Made by a program: the position numbers and the translations under genes. Below are positions 40,401 through 49,400 of a stretch of 64,000 bases of DNA, piece by piece; position 1 is the stretch's first letter; each line of letters opens with the position of its first letter. The DNA lies in assembly GCA_965285935.1 (NCBI GenBank), contig OZ260662.1, forward strand, positions 80,910,001 through 80,974,000. The letters run 5' to 3'. The notes below the pieces were generated by a model. The model saw only the letters and a list, made by a program, of their open reading frames with translations. It made no database searches and was not told where the DNA came from. This stretch comes from Ophelia neglecta (Eukaryota).

Positions 40401-43400
40401 TGTATTTTAAATTAACTTTTAGGCAAAATTGCAAAATATTGCGAACTGTAAAGTTTGACAAAAACATTTTGATATATGCAATATTGCATGTATTTGACTA
40501 ACATGTATATTACTGAATGCCAATATAATTTGATTTTGGACTCACTTATTATAGGTTACTGTACCAACTGGACATAAACATAATTAAATTATTTTATCTG
40601 CCATGCAGTAGCACTAAAATATCAAGCATGTGGCTTCGTTAATCAAGCAAGGGTGTAAGGATTATACCAAACTAGATACCCATCTCAACCCCCCAAAATT
40701 GAGCGATATACTGCTAATGAAATTCGGAAGTATGTGAGTTGTTTCTGATATATCTTGCTACAATGGAGGCCACTTTTTTCTGTTAAGGTCCTTTTTAAAT
40801 CTACAATTTTACCATTCACTGATCCACTTGCTTTGCATGATTATTTTGATATACAGAGTGACATAAGTACGTTAAATCCAAAATACCTATACATATTTGG
40901 CGACTTCAATTCTCGCTCCGGATCTCTATCAGATACCGCAGATACAACACCTGGTTCAGATGGTTTATTGGACGAGCTGGATGTCTTATCTGTACATAGT
41001 CAAAACCCAAATACTATACCAAAGAGAAATTCAAAAGACTCCACCACTATAAATAACTATGGCACCCAACTTGTATCGCTCTGTAAGAATAGTAACATGA
41101 TAATAGCCAACGGGAGATTTGGCGATGACGCCCAAATCGGTGACTTTACAAGAGTCGAGACCACCGGCAAGAGTGTGATTGACTACTTATTGATCAAACC
41201 AGAGAATGCTAATATGCTTCACTCTTTCTCCATCGGGCCAAAGGTGCCCGAGTCGGATCATAGACCGATTCAATTTTCTGTCACAAATTGTATTAATGAT
41301 TGTAACCAGTCAACACAGACTGTAATGTGTGAGTCCACTTGGGAACCAGTTTCTAAATATAAAATCACTAGTTCAGATCTCTCAAGTGAAAATTTAGAAA
41401 AGTTTGGCCAGTTATCCATAAAACACTTAAATTGTGCCATGTTGTCAATGATAAATCTGGAAACACCAGACATTGTTGGTAAACACTTTTTGCGAGTTCT
41501 TAATAATGCAGCCGAGTGTCTATTTCCCTTAAGGCAAGCCCGGCGGCAGAGGGAGTCGTGGTATGAACCATGGTTTGACAGTGAGCTAAAGAGGCTCCGT
41601 AGCCGTGCTTGCTCTAGCAAAATTTGTGACCCCGATGCTATCAACTACCATACAGCTGAATATCGGGGACATAAGCAGTATAAGAAAAGGGCTTTTAAGA
41701 AGAAGGCCCAAGAGGAATTAAAGAATGTCCACACATTGGACCGCTCGGCAATGTTTAATAAAATTAAATCTTTCTCCAGGGCCAGGGTGGCAAGCAATGA
41801 ACCCACTGAAGATGAATTCTATAAACACTTTAGTAAGTTAGCTGAGCCAGTGCAGTGTGATTATTTCAATTATGCCTATGAGCAGGAGGCCATTAAGTTT
41901 CTACATTCCTACGACAACGGAACGTTGTCTAATCTTTATACTAACCGAGATGAATTGGAAATTCTCAACTCATGTTTTACTGACCAGGAGGTGATATCTG
42001 CTATTGATTACCTGAAAACAGGAAAGGCCGCTGGGTATGACGCCATACCAGCCGAACTTATAAAAGGTGCCAAGTATCACCTGTGTGAACCACTCAAACA
42101 CTTCTTTAACTATGTGATTGAGTTCAAATCTTTTCCTACATGTCTATCGCTAGGTGTTAGGGTACCTATTCCAAAGCCGGGAGCCAAAAATACTGTAGAT
42201 AATTATAGGCCCATCACCATTTTACCTGTGATAAAGCTGTTTGAGATAATGGTCAGTAATCGCTTTCGTCACATAAATGAAGTGTTTAATCGCACAGACA
42301 TCTATAACGGAGGGTTTCTGAAGGGTTCACAGACCTCCGATAACATGTTTATTTTGTATGGTATAATTCAAAAACAGCTAATCTTAAACAGGCCTCTATA
42401 TGTCTGTTTCGTCGACTTTTCCAAGGCATTTGACCTAGTAAATAGACACATAATGTTTTACAAATTAATGAAGTCAGGGATTCATGGGCGAGTGATTGAC
42501 ACCCTGCGTGACTTATATTCAAAAACCAAATTTAGAATCAAACACAAAGACAGTCTAAGTGCCCTGATTGGAAGTTCACTAGGTGTTAATCAAGGTGGAA
42601 ACTTCAGTACTGACTTGTTCCGTGAATACCTGGCAGATATGAGAGACTATCTGAATGTTGAATTGGGTGTTGTAATTGATGACGACACTATTCTTCTGCA
42701 TCTCCTCTGGGCAGATGATTTAATTCTCATGGCAAATTCATTGGCTGGCTTGCAAGAGCAAGTAAATGGTCTTTTTACTTTTGCATCTAGTAACTTGCTT
42801 ATAGTGAATGAAATAAAGACAAATTTTATGGTTTTTGGGAAGGACCACATTGTCAACCCCGAACTTAGATTTGGCGACAAAATTATAGTCAGAGTATTGC
42901 AATATAAATATTTGGGCAATATGTTTAATGAAGTTAATTTGTTGACAGCCAACGTATTTAAGAACAATTCACATTATCTGACTGAGAAGGCCAGTAAGGC
43001 TATTTACAGCATACGACACAATACCAAGTCCATTGGTAAATTACCCCTGGAGGTGTCTTTCTCTCTATTTGATGCATGTATTAAGCCTATTCTATTGTAC
43101 GGCTGTGAACTTTGGGGTGTCAAAACTCTTCCAGTCATAGAAATCGAGAAAATCCATCTAAAATTCCTGAAAGAGGAGCTTGGAGTTAAAAGTTCCACAT
43201 GCACACCTGCTATCTATGGTGAATGCGGGAGATACCCGATCTCCGTAGATGCTCATGTTAGAGTATACAGCTTTCTCCTCAGGCTGAAATCTCTCCCAGA
43301 GACTAAAATCGCGGGAAAAGTTTTCAATATGCTGGTTCAGCTGGAAGACATGGGCCATAAAACTTGGATTTCTGAAGTGAACTCACTTTTCAAGTCATAT

Positions 43401-46400
43401 AACTATGACACAGTATCCCTCCCGCTCAACAAAAAGCAAGCTTGTGTAGATCTCAAGTTGCTTTTGCAAGGAGACTTTGTAGATAAGTGGCAAAAAGACA
43501 TCTTTGATCAAACTAAATTCCCTATTTTAAGATTTTATAATAAATTAAAAAACACATTCGGTCTAGAACAGTATCTTACAATGGCCTCGTTTCCTGAACG
43601 TCTTTATATATCTAAGCTGAGGCTCAGCAGTAATTATTAAAGAGGATGCTCCAATGCAAACCGACAAAACAAGACAACAGCGGGTGGGGGTGTACATGGC
43701 AGGGTACTTTATTAATGCACCAAACTCTGTTACCAGTACATTTGTGAGATTCAGTACCATGCTAAGCCCGGTTAACCAGCAGTACATTCAGTGAGGTAAA
43801 GTACCCTGTGAAACACATTTGTTCAAGCACAAAACTTGCAAACATTTTAACTTACGCCCACATGTGAAGGGCAAATAACTCTTTAATTGTACACAAAGTG
43901 AAGTAACATTCATTATATAATCGACATATAATATTGTGAAATTCCAAATTTAAGAGCATAAAAGTTTAGACGCGGGTGGGTGGGGTGGGAAAAAACAAAA
44001 AACTGCCCTGTAGGCAAGCATGTCACAACTACGGGGATAACCTCTTCACCCCACGGGGGCCGAACCCAACAATGTGTATACTACTACAGGTGTCGCCTCC
44101 ATCTAACCTAATTCCCGCGCCTGCCCTACGTGCGAGGCGCCCTTAATTATTAAAGAGGATGCTCCAATGCAAACCGACAAAACAAGACAACAGCGGGTGG
44201 GGGTGTACATGGCAGGGTACTTTATTAATGCACCAAACTCTGTTACCAGTACATTTGTGAGATTCAGTACCATGCTAAGCCCAAAAAACGTACACCCCCA
44301 AACGCTTGGTCACGCAAGCCCGCCTGGAGCGTATAATAAATGCAACGACTAACCAAGAGTTTAACAGGCTATTTAAGGACCTTAAACTACACCTACATTC
44401 CTACACCATCTAAAATTAAAGGTCATGATGAAATTTAAGATGGACTTCCTTAATAACAGTATTACTTCAAAAGGATGAACTTAATATGGGACGAGACATG
44501 TCCATGCAGTGCTTAAAATTAATGTTGAAAGACAGTCTAAATGTATACAAAACTGTGATGTGACCCTTAGCAAATAGCCTGATATCATGTTACAAACGCG
44601 CTAATACCATGACACCGCATAATAAAACCTCATAATACTGTGGCGCAACTCTTTTCAAGCGCCCTGATACTAGTAATTGCCAAACATACAGTAACCACTT
44701 TGATAATGAAAACCCAATGAAGCATATATGACAACACAGCTAGCCTGATTTCTGTATTGTAGCAGATCTAAAGTTTGAAATTAAGTAATTACAATTTAAC
44801 TGCCTCCTCTCGAGGTATAAATCTTATAAACTACTAAGCTAATTTAACAATAAAGGTTTTTACAAATATGATTTCCCATGAGCTGGGTGGTTTTCAGTTT
44901 GACAGAACTATCCATTTCTAAGTATCTCAAGTATGCATCTGAAGACCAGTCACCCTGTACCTTGATCAACTCCCCACTGACTCCTGCCTTAAATGCGAGA
45001 GTGGCGCCGCCACGTCTCAGGCTGTGTGTGGCGTACAGTCCAGCATCTAGACCAATGTGCTGAACCAACTGCTTTAATGCTGTATTAAAAACACCTTGTG
45101 TTAAGGGAACTAGTTTGTTTCTTGATGTGTAAAAAACAAAGGCTGGCTCCGAGCCATCTGCTGGTGTTTGTTGTACGAATTTTCTATATATCCTGACAGG
45201 ACAAATTGGCGAGGAAGGCATAGCTGCGACCTGCACGATTAGCACGCGCTGTCTGTATTGAATTGTTTTAGACCATAACACCTCAATAACCAATCTATCC
45301 TCAAGCAAGAGTATTTTATCACGTGTCAAAGTTTTGCCTGGATCGAAAGTGCCCCTATTTGCTACCAGCAAATTTGATTTCCTGAAAAAAGTGAAAAAAC
45401 CTAAAAGGATGGCACTCCATAAACACAATTGAAAAGAATTTGTAAGATCTAGCGAGTGCTGAAATTTCAACAGCATGCTCGGGGTGACTGGTAGTTTCTG
45501 ACATACAAAATCTCCCATTTTTTTACGCAAACCGTTTACATATAATTTGACCAAAACTGTGTCAAAGTTATCCAAGGAACACCTGTTTATCTTGTGTAGT
45601 AATCTGACACTTGACAACATGTTACATAAATACTTGAAGGACCTGCAAGTTTTGCTCATGAACTCTAAAAATAGGCATATAGTCTCTTCTGAAGCTGGCA
45701 AATAGTGCTGCTTATAATACAGGCAAAAAAGAAAATACGATTTCCAATGAGATTTAATGTTCCTGGCTGAGCCTGTCGCATAACCCAATGCCCTAGTCTG
45801 GTTTGCCTGGTTACACAATTTTTGTAAGTCACTTGCCGTTGCACATGTTGAGGTGTAACCTGAAACAATGCAAACACCTATTAAAAAAAAAAAAATTGTT
45901 TCAACGTCTACTGATTTACCATTCATGTGAAAACTCTACTAAGTCATCAGAAACATACAACATGTGATATTTGCCCCCTGTGGCCAGTTCAAATTTTTGT
46001 TTGTATGAAATGCCCAGTGGAAAACGGCTCAACAAATCTGGCAAAATGTTCCTGCGACCCTCGATGTGAACTGCCCTTATCTCAAAATCGTTTGTTGCTG
46101 CCACGAAGAGCAGTTCCCTGGCACAGGCCTGCAAGAACCTGACCTTAGAGCGGCCAGAGTTGATCACGGAGACGATGGCTTCATTGTCACACGCTACGGT
46201 CACCTTTTGGCCAGAACATGCGTGGGCCCAGACCTTTGCCCCGATCACGACGGCGATGAACTCCAAGCCGGTGATGCCAACCTTCATCTCCTGTATACCC
46301 GGCGGAAAGGTGAATGAGAAGAATTCCTGACCATGTTGACCTCCGCAGGCCATTAGCGAAGCGTCAGTTGCAAAGATAGCATCTGCTGGGAACCAATCGA

Positions 46401-49400
46401 GAGCCTTAATAACTGACACTCCATTGAACTCCCTCGAGTAATGATACCACCATTTGATATCTTGTTTGAATTCTGCGCCGAGTCGAATATGATGCGAGGT
46501 ACGCTCGAGTTTGCCAAGCGTGTTCAAAATACGTGACAAAAACAGCCGTCCCGGTTTCACACACTTTGCCATAAAGTTCAACTTTCCCACCAAGCACTGG
46601 ATTTCTCTTTTTGTTGCTGTTTTCTTGGATATCCACTTTTCTAGTTCCAATTTGATGTTAGCCATCCGCTCTGGTGTTACGGATACAGTCATGTTTTCTG
46701 AATCGCACAGAACTCCCACAAAAGTCATTTTTGTGGAAGGTGTGATAGCCTTGCTTGTTGATTCCACGAGTCCAAGTTGTCTAAGCAACAAACCCAAGGC
46801 TTGGTAGGATGCCTCTGCCTTATCAGGTCTGTCCACTCCTCCGAAATCGTCCAAATAATTTTCCACAGACCCGCCTTGCTGTTGGAACATGTATTTCACT
46901 GCTGTTGTAGTCCGCTGACAGGCCATGGCCGCGCTTCTGAGTCCAAATGGAAGGGCCCTGTCAAAATATGTGTGGGAGTCAAAAGAAAAACCCAACAAAT
47001 TGTAGTCATGGGGGTCTACCAATAACTGCCTGTAAGCTCTATTTAAATCCCGTTTAAACAGCAGGCAGTTTCTTCCATGTTGTCTAATCAAGTCGCAAAA
47101 ATTATCAATAGTTGGCAGATGCAAATCAAAGGTTTCTCCTACATACTGTTGTCTCGGTATTCCTGCATTGACTGATCGATCCTGGGGGTAACTCAAGTCC
47201 ATGACCACTCGCCTAGCCCCTGACAAGGTTCCCTTCTTTTCGACAGTCTGTAGGGGTGATAAAGTCAAATCTCCCAGGAAGGGGTCACCTTCAAATGGTC
47301 CTGCTAAAGCTTCAAACTCCAATTCTTGCTTTATATATTCTTTCACTGTGTCTCGGTGAGAATTGGCCGAGCCGTGATTCTTCAAAGTAGAAACAGGCGA
47401 TGTGTCCTTAATGTAATTTATAGGCCATCCAAACTCAAGATAATCACAAATCTGAGCATCCTCATAGTTGAACAATAACTCTCTCCACAGTGGAATATTC
47501 AGACGTGTGTTCAAAGGTATTCTGCATCCTTCAAAATTATAACAGGCAGAATTCCGAATCTTGTTGCATAATTCAATTGGATTGTCATTTCCGTCGGAAT
47601 GCTCAATGTCTATTCCAAATTCCATCGAATTTGGACTCACTGAAGGCAAAAATTTCAAGGAGGAGGATTTCTGGCCCCCCATATTGCATAATTCAATTAG
47701 ATTGTCATTTCCATGTGTCTCATATAGTTCAGAATGCTCAATGTCTGTTCCAAAGTCATTTGAATTTGGCCCTCCTGCAGGCAAAACTTTCAAGGTGGAG
47801 GATTTCTGGCCCCCCATGACATTGAGTGAATTGTCTAAACAAGGCAGGGGAGAGTCTTTGAGTCACGCTCTATTATTGTTGCGGTTGGGGCAGTCGAAAC
47901 CTGCCCTGTGTATTTTTAGCAAGCCTTTTTCCAAACAAATGCAACAGGCATGTAGTTTCTTGCAAATATTGCCATTCAAAGAAAATCTGCACTCACCACC
48001 CTGAGTATCTTCAAAGTTGAAGTGCCAACAAGCCACTGATTTTTTGTTTTGTTTTCCTGTGGTCTTAGTGCTGCTTTTTTTAAAACTGTCTCCATGACCG
48101 ATGTGCTGAGTGGCGCGAAGGGCGATAAGGTTTCGTTTCTCTGTGTCCTGCCACTGAGCGCCGCCGACCTCCAAGCACCTAAGCCAGTCGTAATGATAAT
48201 GCCTTGTTGCCTCCCAATCTGAATGGTGTAGGTTGAATTGGATAAGTTCTTCCAGATGCGCCAGTCTCGCGCCGAATTCTGCGTGGTCAACGTCACCTGA
48301 TAGCAAGATTCTTACATACCCCAGCAAAAACAATTCCCAACTGATTGTGTCCGGGTGAGTATCCGTCTCGGAGACGAAGGCATGAGGCCACAGGGTGGGC
48401 TGACGAATTTGTTGCTGAGATTTAGCGAAGTAACCGCTACGCACAGTGTTGTTGTATGTCCTACCTGTTGGTTGATCCTCCAATTGGCTCGATTCGTCAC
48501 TTGCCGTGAACATGTATTGTCCTTGCCCCTGGGACAGAGCTCCGGCGATGTCGTCTAGCTTTTTGTCGTTCCTCAACGTGAAAATATTGGTACCTTCAGC
48601 AGTTGTTGTCACTTTGGTTGCCGGGCCGGATGTAGCATGGTCGCTGAACTTGGGCGAAACTCCGGCGCTGCCGCCTGGCGATTTCTTTTTTTGCGGTCCT
48701 TTCGGAGAAGATAGGCGATCTATCTCCAAGCGAAGACTCAACTTTTCTGCCTCTAGTTCCTCTATTATGTTCACCAGTTTGTCAGTACTGCGTGTGTTTT
48801 TTGTCTCCCTGACCGTTTGTTTGTCCTTCTTCGGTCGCGCGCCCTTGCCTAATTCACTTGCAACAGTGTCATGCCTTGGCGTTAGCAGGTCCGATTCAGG
48901 TGCCGGTTCTGTGGCGAAAATCTCCTTTAACTTGGCTGCTTGCGCTCGAGTAGCCATGTCAGTGTGACCGCGGGTTCTTTTCACTCTAGATGCTGCTAAT
49001 TCAAGTCCGTGCGATGCGAAAGTGTCAAACAATTTTTAAATAAAACGAAGATAAAACTTGCCCAAAAAAACAAAAAACTGCCCTGTAGGCAAGCATGTCA
49101 CAACTACGGGGATAACCTCTTCACCCCACGGGGGCTGAACCCAACAATGTGTATACTACTACAGGTGTCGCCTCCATCTAACCTAATTCCCGCGCCTGCC
49201 CTACGTGCGAGGCGCCCTTCATGATCTAGAAATCGAGAAAGGCCGACATAGAAGGCCTAGGATACCTGCTTCTAACAGAATTTGTAGATTGTGCGACCTC
49301 TGCGTTGAAGATGAGGTCCACTTTCTATTGGTGTGTCCTTCTCTCTCTGAAGCTAGGGAACCGTTTATAAACAAAATATGTCTAATAAATCCACTTTTTA

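Larger units (their letters stand above)
43632..49219 (-). mobile_element. Full-length Ngaro-like (DIRS order) tyrosine-recombinase retrotransposon, 5588 bp
   Basis: Gag, RT/RNaseH and YR ORFs are all open. Split direct repeats: A1 49065-49219, B1 44144-44282, A2 43990-44144, B2 43631-43769. No methyltransferase domain after RNase H and no TSD. Confidence 0.93.

Noticed and set aside
43700-43808. Twister-ribozyme-like look (closing stem, TAATGC, CTAAGCCCGG)
   Set aside because: The required pseudoknot pairings and P4 stem cannot be formed, and it lies on the element's antisense strand.
44167-44352. 61-aa ORF and other short antisense ORFs within the YR element and LINE
   Set aside because: They overlap repeats or real ORFs on the opposite strand and show no independent motifs.
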